The notes under the pieces: generated by a model | What the model saw: only the letters and a program-made list of their open reading frames with translations | The model's database searches: none | What the model was told of the DNA's origin: nothing | Shown here: in pieces, positions 1-8,620 of the stretch | Numbering within the stretch: position 1 is the stretch's first letter | Layout: each line of letters starts with the position of its first letter | Made by a program: the position numbers and the translations under genes | DNA from: Waddlia chondrophila WSU 86-1044 | GTDB taxonomy: Bacteria; Chlamydiota; Chlamydiia; Chlamydiales; CAMCWV01 | Direction of reading: 5' to 3' | Assembly: GCA_945882915.1 (NCBI GenBank) | Contig: CAMCWV010000005.1 | Location: 18,647-82,646, forward strand | DNA: 64,000 nucleotides

Positions 1-12
1 CTACCGGAAGAG

Positions 13-1296
13 ATGCTAGAGGGGCAACCCGCTGAAGAGCCGCTCTCAAAACTTGCCATCTTGCAAATTCTCCAGCTCTTAGAATTACAGCCTCTTCCAA
101 TGGAAGAGTTTTTCTTTCAAAAATCCTTCGCTTCCTGCCTGTCCAAACTCGCTTCTTACAGGACAAACCACGAGCACTCCCCTCTTATCCAAGGCTTTGT
201 CGAGAAAGGACTTAAAGGAGCATTAGCCGCAAACAAACCACGGTTCTTAAAATGGATGGCCGTTGTTACGATTCAACACCTAACCGTCGCAAACCCTATA
301 AACGAAGAGCCCTCACTAATTTGGCTCGTGGTCCAAGACCTAGTAAAGATTGGAAGTAATAACGACGACCCTTGCTACGGAATTGCAGCTATCAATCTTC
401 TCAACCTTCTAAAGAGACATAATCAATCGCCAACAATGCTGCAGACATGGCTTCTTGACAACCTCAAAGCCATGCTGAACGATCCTCCCTTCCAGCCCTT
501 AAAAACAGCGCTAATTGTTAACCTCATGCAACTTCATTTAGCTAATGAGGACCCAATCATTGAGAGCCCGTCTCAAAGACGTTACAAAGACATCGTCCAC
601 CTCTTCTTTAAGAAAGTCTCTAAGACTGACGTTCAACTTGCAGAGGCGGTTCTTGTTGGTATGGGAAAGGAGCTTGACAGAGAAACCTATTTGACAGAGC
701 TTCTTACCTTCATCAGATCGCAAGTAGCTATTGGATTGATAGGGACTGGGCAAAAATCTCAAAAGGCCATACTTCAAAACGCTTGCAGGCTTCTTCTCAG
801 CCAAACAAAGAGCCTCTCTTTAGACTTTAGCACCACTTCTTCTTCCGAGGATTTTTTCCAGGCCTTTCTTATTGCAGTAACAGAAGCAACGCTTACACTG
901 CTTCATGCCTCTTTTAAAAAAGACGTTGTAACTTTTAGAGAAGAAAACAAAACCGAGATCACTGCCTTGGTGACCTTACTCCAAAAAGTAATCTCTTCTA
1001 ACTATGAGCTGCTACAACATTTCTCGCCAGAAAGAATAAGCACTGCGGAAGCACTGCTCACCTCTGTTATCGAGGCGCTCAGAAAGCAGGGAATGCCCCC
1101 AAGTCTTAAACTTGCAGAGAGCCTTCTTGAGCGGGCCTTTTCTGCCAATATCATTTCAGATGCAGTCTATGAGGCAATACTCTCTAATCTTATCGAAGAC
1201 TGGAGCCACCATGGTGCTTCAAGCACGATCGAAGCGCTACAAATAAAAGTCCTCTGCCTCTACAGCTTCCTCGGGAAATCAACAAGCGAGTGTTAG
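13..1296 (+). CDS. hypothetical Leu-rich alpha-helical protein; ORF runs to the window edge, so the N-terminus may lie upstream
   Basis: 427-codon ORF with no competing frame. No motif I recognise. Confidence 0.55.
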   Translation: MLEGQPAEEPLSKLAILQILQLLELQPLPMEEFFFQKSFASCLSKLASYRTNHEHSPLIQGFVEKGLKGALAANKPRFLKWMAVVTIQHLTVANPINEEPSLIWLVVQDLVKIGSNNDDPCYGIAAINLLNLLKRHNQSPTMLQTWLLDNLKAMLNDPPFQPLKTALIVNLMQLHLANEDPIIESPSQRRYKDIVHLFFKKVSKTDVQLAEAVLVGMGKELDRETYLTELLTFIRSQVAIGLIGTGQKSQKAILQNACRLLLSQTKSLSLDFSTTSSSEDFFQAFLIAVTEATLTLLHASFKKDVVTFREENKTEITALVTLLQKVISSNYELLQHFSPERISTAEALLTSVIEALRKQGMPPSLKLAESLLERAFSANIISDAVYEAILSNLIEDWSHHGASSTIEALQIKVLCLYSFLGKSTSEC

Positions 1297-1384
1297 TAAT
1301 AGCAGAGCCCTTTTAACCGTGAAGTGCATCACTTAAGGACAGCAGCTCCCACTAAAAGTTTATTTTTTAACTCCTGAGAGACGG

Positions 1385-1432
1385 GGCGATTTTATCAAGA
1401 AAGATTTGACGCTCACAGAGGGGTGTTTTGGC
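1385..1432 (+). repeat. F7 repeat piece, reverse-complement match to 38900-38947 inside the IS3 remnant
   Basis: ggcgattttatcaagaaagatttgacgct...ggggtgttttggc is shared by both loci with a few mismatches. Confidence 0.5.
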
Positions 1433-1613
1433 GGGGCAATCGCATAAAGAAATTTTATGCAGTCTGAACACTTTCGCGCCCTACATTTTAAATTGTGTCC
1501 CAGAGGGACACTTGGACCTAGTACAGCGTAATGTAAATAAGTTTAGATTACGCTGCACTGGCCAGGCGGTGGAATGCGAGGGCGTTAGCCCGAAGACATG
1601 CAACCCCTGGTCA

Positions 1614-1687
1614 ATATACTCCGCTTAGCTAAAAATGGGAACTTGGACTAGCGCGAAAGCTCCCGTTTTCAGCTAAGCGGAGTATAT
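1614..1687. repeat. F1 palindromic element, short form (74 bp)
   Basis: atatactccgcttagctaaaaatggga ... tcccgttttcagctaagcggagtatat. Both ends carry the GCTTA/TAAGC variant. Confidence 0.85.
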
Positions 1688-1688
1688 T

Positions 1689-1883
1689 TAAGGAGCGAGC
1701 TTTGCTCGCTCTTTGGAGTGCTGGGACAAGTCCAACGCTTTTATTAGCCGGGACATGTCCCGGCGTACGCGCTTTTGCCAAAGAACTTTATTGCGATCTT
1801 CCGTACAGACCTCGCCAAATCGAGGTCTGATGAAAGCTAGGACATGTCCCAGCACTCCAAAGAGTTCGCTACGCTCACTCCGG
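1689..1883. repeat. F2 palindromic element, copy a
   Basis: ggagcgagc..ctctttggagtgctgggacaagtcc on the left and ggacatgtcccagcactccaaagag..ctcactcc on the right, with internal hairpins (gccgggacatgtcccggc). Confidence 0.85.
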
Positions 1884-1986
1884 AGCGCGCTATCTGAAGT
1901 CTTATGGGGAAGCACTTTTCTGTTGCTGCGAAAATTCTCAAACGCCATCCTTAGAGAAACACTTAACCTGAGGCCGGACCTAACTC

Positions 1987-2568
1987 ATGCCCTTCACACT
2001 TCAAATCGGAGCAAAAGCTCCTCCTTTTACACTCCTCGCAACAGATGGAAAAAACTATAGCCTTGAAGATTTTGACAGCTCCCCTGTTCTGGTTGTTTTC
2101 TTTACCTGCAATCACTGCCCCTACGTCATAGGCTCCGATGAAGTCACTCGCCAAACAGCAGACAAATTCGCGTCCAAAGGAGTCTTATTCATAGGGATCA
2201 ACTCCAACAGCGAAAACACCAAGCCTGAAGATTCTTTTCCTCTCATGGTCAAAAGGATGGAAGAACAAAAATTCCCCTGGACTTACCTCCGAGACGAGAG
2301 CCAAGCCGTCGCAAAGGCTTACGGCGCGCTCCGCACTCCCCATTTCTACGTATTCAATGAAAAAAGAGAGCTTATCTATACAGGACGGGGGATCGACACC
2401 CCTCGCGATGCCTCACAAATGAAGGTCAATGACCTTGAGCGCATCCTAGGAGAGCACCTCTCTGGAAAGCCCATATTGACACCTATTATACAGCCAATCG
2501 GCTGCAATGTTAAGTGGGATGGGAAGGACGCCCACTGGATGCCAGCTGATGCTTGTGATCTTGTATGA
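1987..2568 (+). CDS. thioredoxin-fold thiol-disulfide oxidoreductase (redoxin/AhpC-TSA family)
   Basis: CxxC motif in [10 protein letters not shown]. Layout is typical of the redoxin family. Confidence 0.75.
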   Translation: MPFTLQIGAKAPPFTLLATDGKNYSLEDFDSSPVLVVFFTCNHCPYVIGSDEVTRQTADKFASKGVLFIGINSNSENTKPEDSFPLMVKRMEEQKFPWTYLRDESQAVAKAYGALRTPHFYVFNEKRELIYTGRGIDTPRDASQMKVNDLERILGEHLSGKPILTPIIQPIGCNVKWDGKDAHWMPADACDLV

Positions 2569-3803
2569 GCTCTTCCAGCGCTTTGAGAATTGTTGTTGTT
2601 GGTGGAGGCGCCGCAGGGTTCTTTGCTGCCATCACTGCAAAAGAAAACAACCCCGATGCAAGCGTTGTCTTGCTAGAAAAAACAAGTCAGCAACTTGCAA
2701 AAGTACGCATCTCTGGAGGTGGCAGATGCAATGTCACCCACGCCTGCTTCGACCCGCTTTTGTTAACCAAGAACTATCCCAGAGGAAACAAAGCACTCAT
2801 CGGCCCCTTCCATAAGTTCCAACCACGAGATACAATCGAATGGTTTGAATCGCGCGGAGTTGAGCTTAAAACAGAAGCTGACGGGCGGATGTTCCCCGCT
2901 TCAAACACCTCTCAAAGCATTATTACTTGCCTCATGAACGAAGCAGAAAAAAATGGTGTCGTCATCAGGTTAAAACAGCGACTGCAAGAAGTGTCAAAAG
3001 CAAACGACCTCTTTCAAGTCATCTTGGCCTCTGGCGAGACCTTAACTTGCGAGCGCCTTCTTATTGCTACAGGAAACAGCTCTGAAGGACACGCCTTAGC
3101 TAAGTCTTTAGGGCACTCGATCCACTCTCCTGTCCCCTCCCTCTTTACATTCAACTGCCCCACCTCGCCCCTTCTTGATCTTTCAGGAATTGTTGTTCCT
3201 AATGTCGAGATCTCCGTTGCAGGCTCTTCGTTAATGACAACCGGGCCGCTTTTACTCACTCACTGGGGCTTTAGCGGTCCCGCAGCACTTAAGCTTTCTG
3301 CATGGAGTGCCCGTCTTCTTCACGAAAAAGAATACCGCGTTTCACTCACAATCAACTGGCTTCCTGCACACACCTTAGAGGCCTTGCAAACAACGCTACT
3401 TAACGGAAGAAAAGAAAGGCCCCAAAACAACTTGTGCAAAGAAAACCCCTTCACCCTTCCTAAGAACCTGTGGAACCGATTATTAGAGCTGCAAGGGTTT
3501 CGACAAGGGTTTCAAGAGGGGCGGAAGATTGGAGAGCTCTCTAACGATGACATTCAACGGCTAGTTCAGAAGCTTCATGGCGACAGCTACGAAGTGAATG
3601 GAAAGACAACGAATAAAGAAGAGTTTGTGACCTGCGGCGGGGTTGACCTTGACGAGGTTCACTTCAAAACAATGGAAAGCCGAATTTGTCCCGGGCTATT
3701 CTTTGCGGGCGAAGTCTTGGACATCGACGCTGTCACCGGAGGGTTCAACTTCCAAAACGCCTGGACTACTGGCTGGCTTGCTGGCAATGCTATAGCACAC
3801 TAA
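2565..3803 (+). CDS. HI0933/YhiN (BaiN-like) family NAD(P)/FAD-dependent flavoprotein
   Basis: N-terminal [14 protein letters not shown] dinucleotide fold, [12 protein letters not shown], and C-terminal [17 protein letters not shown] overlap with the upstream gene. Confidence 0.8.
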   Translation: MSSSSALRIVVVGGGAAGFFAAITAKENNPDASVVLLEKTSQQLAKVRISGGGRCNVTHACFDPLLLTKNYPRGNKALIGPFHKFQPRDTIEWFESRGVELKTEADGRMFPASNTSQSIITCLMNEAEKNGVVIRLKQRLQEVSKANDLFQVILASGETLTCERLLIATGNSSEGHALAKSLGHSIHSPVPSLFTFNCPTSPLLDLSGIVVPNVEISVAGSSLMTTGPLLLTHWGFSGPAALKLSAWSARLLHEKEYRVSLTINWLPAHTLEALQTTLLNGRKERPQNNLCKENPFTLPKNLWNRLLELQGFRQGFQEGRKIGELSNDDIQRLVQKLHGDSYEVNGKTTNKEEFVTCGGVDLDEVHFKTMESRICPGLFFAGEVLDIDAVTGGFNFQNAWTTGWLAGNAIAH

Positions 3804-3840
3804 ACTACAGCACACTAGGCAATGGGAGTCGCGCTATAGT

Positions 3841-5388
3841 TTAATGTCGATCCCAGCTAAGTTCGTATTCGCAACAGTCATCAAGTGCAATGATCTCTTG
3901 CCTGTTAACAGGCTGCGTAGCCAGAGACTCTAGGTAATCGAGATTGGGCGTTTTTGAAGCTTCGCTTGGAGTCGAGAAAGAAGACCTTCCAAAGGGAATG
4001 GAAAAGACAAGACGTCCTTGTCCAATGAATTCAAATCTGGTGTCGTAAGAGCCTATGAGTTCAAGAGTAACATACTCCATAAACCGCGCACCCACACGAG
4101 CCCTTCCTCCATAAATATTAGGGTTACACTCGCAATCTTCACGGTAGTAGTAAGGACCTATTGCAGCAAAAAGATCGTACTCAGAATCTCGGTACCATTT
4201 TTTTAGGTTTGTCTCAATCTCAAAGTCTACGCCTCTAAGCAGCGTTTCGCTCATACGGAATCTAGCATAGCTCAGAGAAGGATTTGTATAGTGCTTTTCT
4301 TCCCATGGGTAGTGCCGTGCAGGGTTGCCTATCGGCAAATAGGTGTTCATTCTTAAATCGTATTCAAGACCGAGCACCTCAAGCCCAATACCAAGCTGAT
4401 GATATTCCGTCTTCCCATGACGGAAGTCGTAGTAGATGTTTGCACCAAGAACCTTTTCCCACTCAGCATGCAAATATCTTACTCCGCCGCCAATGTTTAA
4501 GGCCCACTTAGCGTTGTTAAAGTAATGCCCCCTGAGGTCGAAGAATGGCTCAAAATCCCCCTTTCTAGAAACTCTTTCGTTGCTTGCAAAAAGTCCAAGA
4601 GTGGTGTACCCACTATCATAACCAAACCCTTTAGCTTCGATGTGGCTGATGTGTGGGCGCAAAAATAATGACGAGCCTTCTTGAGGTGCGATGATAGGAC
4701 ACTTTCCGCGAGAATGGCCAGACGGTTTAGGAGGGGCATACTTTTCTGAGGGGACAAACCTGTCTGGAGGGATTGTGTTTTCTCCAGCAAATGCTGGCCT
4801 GCAGGAGGGAAAGAAACTATCTGAGCTAGCAAAACAATCTTTAGTTGATTTTTTTTCGGCGTCTTTACCGGTTCCTTTGAGCGCTTCTTGAGCAGGAACC
4901 ACTTCTTTAATTGGATTTTTGGGCAGATGCCTGAAAGCCTCTCTGCTAGATTCTCTGCTAGCCTCTTTGGGTACTGCTTTAGAAGCGTTGATTTTTGATG
5001 ATGCTTGAGATGATGATTGCGAGTTGGCATCGCCAGACTTAGTAGTAGACTTCGCACTTTTTTTGCCGGCTTTTTTGTCGCCACCTTTGCTATTGTTAGC
5101 TTCAGGGGGACGCTCGTTGTCTCTGCAGGAAGGAAGAAAAAAACTAACATCGTCAGCGTCAGGATCGATGCCAGTCACCGAGGATGTGGCCGCATTAGAA
5201 GCGCGTAATTGCGATCCAGGTTGCGATCCAGATTGCGCTCCCGACTGGGCCCTTGACTGAGAGGCCCCGGGCTGACTTCCATCAGAGCCATAAGGAAAGT
5301 GTGCCGTCGGTTTGGTTGCTGGTAGACTTTGTAGCCACAAGCAGCCTGCTAACGCAAAAAAACAAGCTGCTAATTTTAACGGTCTCAC
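3841..5388 (-). CDS. putative outer-membrane lipoprotein: S/Q/G/K-rich low-complexity N-terminal half and a C-terminal beta-barrel resembling the inverse-autotransporter (intimin/invasin) beta-domain
   Basis: Signal peptide with lipobox FALAGC. LGANIYYDF..HQLGIGLEVLGLEYDLRMNTYLPIGN resembles the IAT_beta pattern. Alternating beta-strand-like C-terminus. Confidence 0.6.
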   Translation of the reverse strand: MRPLKLAACFFALAGCLWLQSLPATKPTAHFPYGSDGSQPGASQSRAQSGAQSGSQPGSQLRASNAATSSVTGIDPDADDVSFFLPSCRDNERPPEANNSKGGDKKAGKKSAKSTTKSGDANSQSSSQASSKINASKAVPKEASRESSREAFRHLPKNPIKEVVPAQEALKGTGKDAEKKSTKDCFASSDSFFPSCRPAFAGENTIPPDRFVPSEKYAPPKPSGHSRGKCPIIAPQEGSSLFLRPHISHIEAKGFGYDSGYTTLGLFASNERVSRKGDFEPFFDLRGHYFNNAKWALNIGGGVRYLHAEWEKVLGANIYYDFRHGKTEYHQLGIGLEVLGLEYDLRMNTYLPIGNPARHYPWEEKHYTNPSLSYARFRMSETLLRGVDFEIETNLKKWYRDSEYDLFAAIGPYYYREDCECNPNIYGGRARVGARFMEYVTLELIGSYDTRFEFIGQGRLVFSIPFGRSSFSTPSEASKTPNLDYLESLATQPVNRQEIIALDDCCEYELSWDRH

Positions 5389-5442
5389 ACCAGCTCCTTA
5401 AAAACTGCGCTACTTCTACTAAACCACTTTTCGCCAATGTTA

Positions 5443-6222
5443 CTAAGACCCAATCTGCTGTGCTATTGGCGCTATAGTGACATAAGCAACAGGTATTGCG
5501 TTCCCAGATGCTGGCGAATTACTTGCTAGAAAAATCGCATGAGCAGATTTAATAACATCCCCTGTAGCATTCACTATAGAAAAGGTTGTTCCTTTAGCGG
5601 TGTCAAACAACACCGAGATTGAGAGCATGTTTTCATCTGAGGCTATCAGAAGTTGACTGCCATCAAGAATCGTATCGCCCTGTTTAATTGCAACAGCTCC
5701 AGTGCCCCCTTTTAAGTCTAATGCCACTCCATAGTGAATCATATACAGCCCTTGAGGCAGCGTAAACACACCATCTTTATAAGAAATGCCACCACTAAGA
5801 GTTTGGGTGGGAAATAATATAGTAGCATTGTCCTCAACAGAGGTGCCTCCAACCTTAAGGAAAGCATGCCCATGCTGAGCGGTGACTGGAACAGGTGAAG
5901 GTCCAGCCGGTCCGGTTGCGCCCGCTGGACCTTTGGCTCCCACTGGACCTGTGGCCCCCGTTAGACCTGTGGCTCCCGTTAGACCTGTGGCTCCCGTTAG
6001 ACCTGTGGCTCCCACGGCACCTGTGGCTCCCGTTAGACCTGTGGCTCCCACTGGACCTGCTGGCCCCTGTATTCCTGGAGGGCCCGGGGGGGGGCACTTT
6101 TTGCAGGAGAAAATGTCATCTATAAGGGATGATCTAAGCGGTGTTTTTTCATCAGCAATCGCGTTTGATATCGGAGCGGAAATCAACAATGCGGCCACAG
6201 TCGCTAAAAGTACTCTAACCAT
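5443..6222 (-). CDS. secreted collagen-like (G-X-Y)n protein with a C1q/BclA-like C-terminal globular domain
   Basis: Signal peptide [21 protein letters not shown]. About 24 uninterrupted G-X-Y triplets ([22 protein letters not shown]...). The C-terminal [16 protein letters not shown] resembles the C1q jelly-roll signature. Confidence 0.85.
   Translation of the reverse strand: MVRVLLATVAALLISAPISNAIADEKTPLRSSLIDDIFSCKKCPPPGPPGIQGPAGPVGATGLTGATGAVGATGLTGATGLTGATGLTGATGPVGAKGPAGATGPAGPSPVPVTAQHGHAFLKVGGTSVEDNATILFPTQTLSGGISYKDGVFTLPQGLYMIHYGVALDLKGGTGAVAIKQGDTILDGSQLLIASDENMLSISVLFDTAKGTTFSIVNATGDVIKSAHAIFLASNSPASGNAIPVAYVTIAPIAQQIGS
5924..6067. repeat. 18-nt tandem array (8 units, 3 consecutive perfect copies of gttagacctgtggctccc) inside the collagen-like gene
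   Basis: Direct reading. Units start at 5924, 5942, 5960, 5978, 5996, 6014, 6032 and 6050. Confidence 0.9.
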
Positions 6223-6435
6223 CTTTCAATCCTTAACTGAATAAATTTTTATACTATTACACGCTGCGAAATTGTCGCTAACAGGGCTGTAGAAAAGGAG
6301 TTCCCTCTACAAAAAAAAACTGGATCAACACTATATTCATCTTATCTGAATTTGCAAGAAAAAAATGTAACCCCTTGCAACCAACCGCCCTTACAGGTTG
6401 CTACTCTTAAGCGCTGTAATTATATACTCCTCGTG

Positions 6436-6680
6436 CTTGACAGCGTTTAGCTTAGCGCCCGCTTAAGGAGCGAGCGGCAGCGTTGCTCTTTGGAGTGCTG
6501 GGACAAGTCCAACGCTTTGTTAGGACTCGACCTGTCGAGTCCACTGAACCTTAGCAAGCGAACCTGTGTGTCTGCCCCTCGACATGTCGAGGGCTGGTGA
6601 AAGCGTTGGACATGTCCCAGCACTCCAAAGAGTTCGCTTCGCTCACTCCTTAAACCCAACTGAGTTAAACGTTATCTGCC
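6436..6680. repeat. F2 element, copy b, with extended ends
   Basis: gcttgacagcgtttagc...cttaaggagcgagc...ctttggagtgctgggac ... gtcccagcactccaaagag...ctccttaa...gttaaacgtt. Flanked by 25-bp direct repeats at 6410-6434 and 6708-6732. Confidence 0.85.
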
Positions 6681-6718
6681 AGCTCTATTTTTTAAAGTAA
6701 GAGTCCCAGCGCTGTAAT

Positions 6719-6752
6719 TATATACTCCTCGTAGTTGAAAACGGGAATTTGG
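6719..6752 (+). repeat. F1 left-end fragment, fused to an F4 element
   Basis: tatatactcctcgtagttgaaaacgggaatttggg, then the sequence switches to F4. Confidence 0.8.
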
Positions 6753-6845
6753 GCCACCTAAGGTCTGGGATTCAGATGGAACCAACGCAAACGTTTGTTA
6801 ATGGGCAGTCTATAATCCCAGGGCGGGACGCCCTGGTTACACACT
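6753..6845. repeat. F4 element (partial)
   Basis: ccacctaaggtctgggatt...aacgtttgttaatgg...cccagggcgggacgccctgg is similar to 49975-50118. Confidence 0.6.
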
Positions 6846-7026
6846 AAAGACAAATGGGCTGTCAGGATGGGCGTAAATAACTTATTTAAAATGTTTTAAA
6901 TAAAAAAATAGTTTGCAAAAATCACACTATTTGGTTATCATTTAGCCAGCTTTTGTAAAACCCGCCTATTCTTTTGAAAAGTCGTGTTACAAAGTTCTTT
7001 TACACCCACACACAAAGTGAACAAAC

Positions 7027-8322
7027 ATGACTTTCAAAGATTTAGACGACGCAGCCAAAGACACTATCAAGCAAGAGACAACTAAACAAGACACAACCGG
7101 CGTAACTTTCAAAGATTTGAACCTAGCCCCCGGTATTCTTAAAGTCCTCGAAGAAATCGGCTACGAAAAACCAACTCCTATTCAAGAGCAAGCCATTCCA
7201 AAGATCCTAGAAGGTCTTGACATCCGCGCTTCTGCCCAAACAGGAACTGGCAAAACAGCCGCCTTTATTCTCCCTACATTAAACAAACTAATGGGCCCAA
7301 CAACCCTAACAGGCAGAGGCCCTCGCGTTCTTGTTTTAGTTCCTACACGCGAACTTGCATTGCAAGTAGCCGCCGAAACAATCAAGTACAGCAAGTACCT
7401 CTCTCGCATGAGAACTGTTTGTATTTTTGGAGGCGCACCCTACCCGATCCAAAACAGAGAGCTTTCTCGCCCTTACGAGATCCTCGTTGCAACACCTGGC
7501 CGCCTCATTGACCATCTTGAGCGCGGACGCATCGACTTCTCACGTTTAGAGATGCTCATCCTCGATGAAGCTGACCGCATGCTCGATATGGGGTTCATCG
7601 ATCCTGTAGAACAAATTGCTGCAGCAACTCCTAGATCACGTCAAACATTGATGTTCTCTGCAACCCTTAAAGGGAGCGTAATGAACCTCTCTAGAAGCCT
7701 TCTAAAGAACCCAATCGACATCAGCGTTACTGCCGACACTGTAAAACACGAAAACATCGAACAACGCCTTCATAACGTCGATGGCCTCGATCACAAAAAC
7801 CGTCTTCTAGACCATATTTTAAGCGATCCTACGATCAACCAAGCAATCGTCTTCACCTCAACAAAGCACCATGCTGACCAGCTCGTAGACCAACTCTACA
7901 GCCAAGGGCACCATGCAGCAGCACTTCATGGCAACATGAACCAGCGTCAACGCACACGAACAATCACGGAACTCCGTCAAGGAAAAATCCGCGTTCTCGT
8001 TGCAACAGACGTTGCTGCAAGAGGAATTGACGTTCAAACAATTACTCACGTTATCAACTTTGACCTGCCAAACAACGCAGAAGACTACGTTCACCGCATT
8101 GGCCGTACAGGACGTGCCGGCGCTAACGGAATCGCTCTTTCATTCGTTGCTTCTAAGGATCAGCAGTCGATCAGACGCATTGAGCAGTTTACTGGCCAAA
8201 AGATTACCGCCCACGTAATCCCAGGCATGGAGCCTTCCCTCAAGCTAAGATCACGAGCAAACCCTTCAACAAGAAACGGCCAAAAGCCAAGATTCTTCGC
8301 CAACAGAAGATCTTCTTACTAA
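7027..8322 (+). CDS. DEAD-box ATP-dependent RNA helicase (RhlE-like)
   Basis: Motifs AQTGTGKT, PTRELA, DEAD (LDEADRM), SAT and HRIGRTGRAG. Confidence 0.92.
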   Translation: MTFKDLDDAAKDTIKQETTKQDTTGVTFKDLNLAPGILKVLEEIGYEKPTPIQEQAIPKILEGLDIRASAQTGTGKTAAFILPTLNKLMGPTTLTGRGPRVLVLVPTRELALQVAAETIKYSKYLSRMRTVCIFGGAPYPIQNRELSRPYEILVATPGRLIDHLERGRIDFSRLEMLILDEADRMLDMGFIDPVEQIAAATPRSRQTLMFSATLKGSVMNLSRSLLKNPIDISVTADTVKHENIEQRLHNVDGLDHKNRLLDHILSDPTINQAIVFTSTKHHADQLVDQLYSQGHHAAALHGNMNQRQRTRTITELRQGKIRVLVATDVAARGIDVQTITHVINFDLPNNAEDYVHRIGRTGRAGANGIALSFVASKDQQSIRRIEQFTGQKITAHVIPGMEPSLKLRSRANPSTRNGQKPRFFANRRSSY

Positions 8323-8366
8323 AATAATAAGCTTTCGAAAGGAAGCTTATTAGAAGTTCAACATGA

Positions 8367-8407
8367 CTGCTACCGAAGCCTCACCGCTTTGGTAGCAGTT
8401 TTTTTTT
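8367..8407 (+). terminator. intrinsic terminator after the helicase gene
   Basis: 12-bp stem ctgctaccgaag/ctttggtagcag (one G-T pair) followed by T9. Confidence 0.8.
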
Positions 8408-8526
8408 GCCCCACAGGCTTAAAATATAATTTGACATCTCAAAGGATTAGACTTACTATTTAATTAAGTGGTGGATCTAACTTGGCATTGCTGTATAATT
8501 ATTTGTTTGATTATTCTTTATTCTTT

Positions 8527-8580
8527 CTGTGTCTCTGCGTTTCAAATATTTTAATATTAAATTTTTGAAACACAGATGCG
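8527..8580. repeat. F3 small AT-rich palindrome
   Basis: ctctgcgtttcaaa-N-tttgaaacacaga. A related copy lies at 38809-38852, with a partial match at 31118-31134. Confidence 0.55.
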
Positions 8581-8620
8581 TAATATGTACTCCTCGGTGA
8601 CGATCGGCAAAGGAATATTT

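Noticed and set aside
1440-1613. Possible structured ncRNA (hairpins gtgtcccagagggacac and cagcgtaat..attacgctg)
   Set aside because: I recognise no RNA family, there is no second copy in the window and no promoter or terminator, so support is insufficient.
1713-2060. ORFs sharing the peptide ECWDKSNAF (also 17161-17469 and 48595-48936) and the antisense LRSERSELFGVLGHV (1688-1948, 6447-6659)
   Set aside because: The shared peptides are simply translations of the conserved F2 inverted ends. Frames and lengths differ between copies and both strands are open, so these are repeat artefacts and not a gene family.
4497-5260. Overlapping ORFs inside the low-complexity half of the outer-membrane lipoprotein gene, and at 5855-6244 inside the collagen repeat
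   Set aside because: These are alternative frames of repetitive or low-complexity coding DNA. The frames with signal peptides and coherent domains are on the minus strand.
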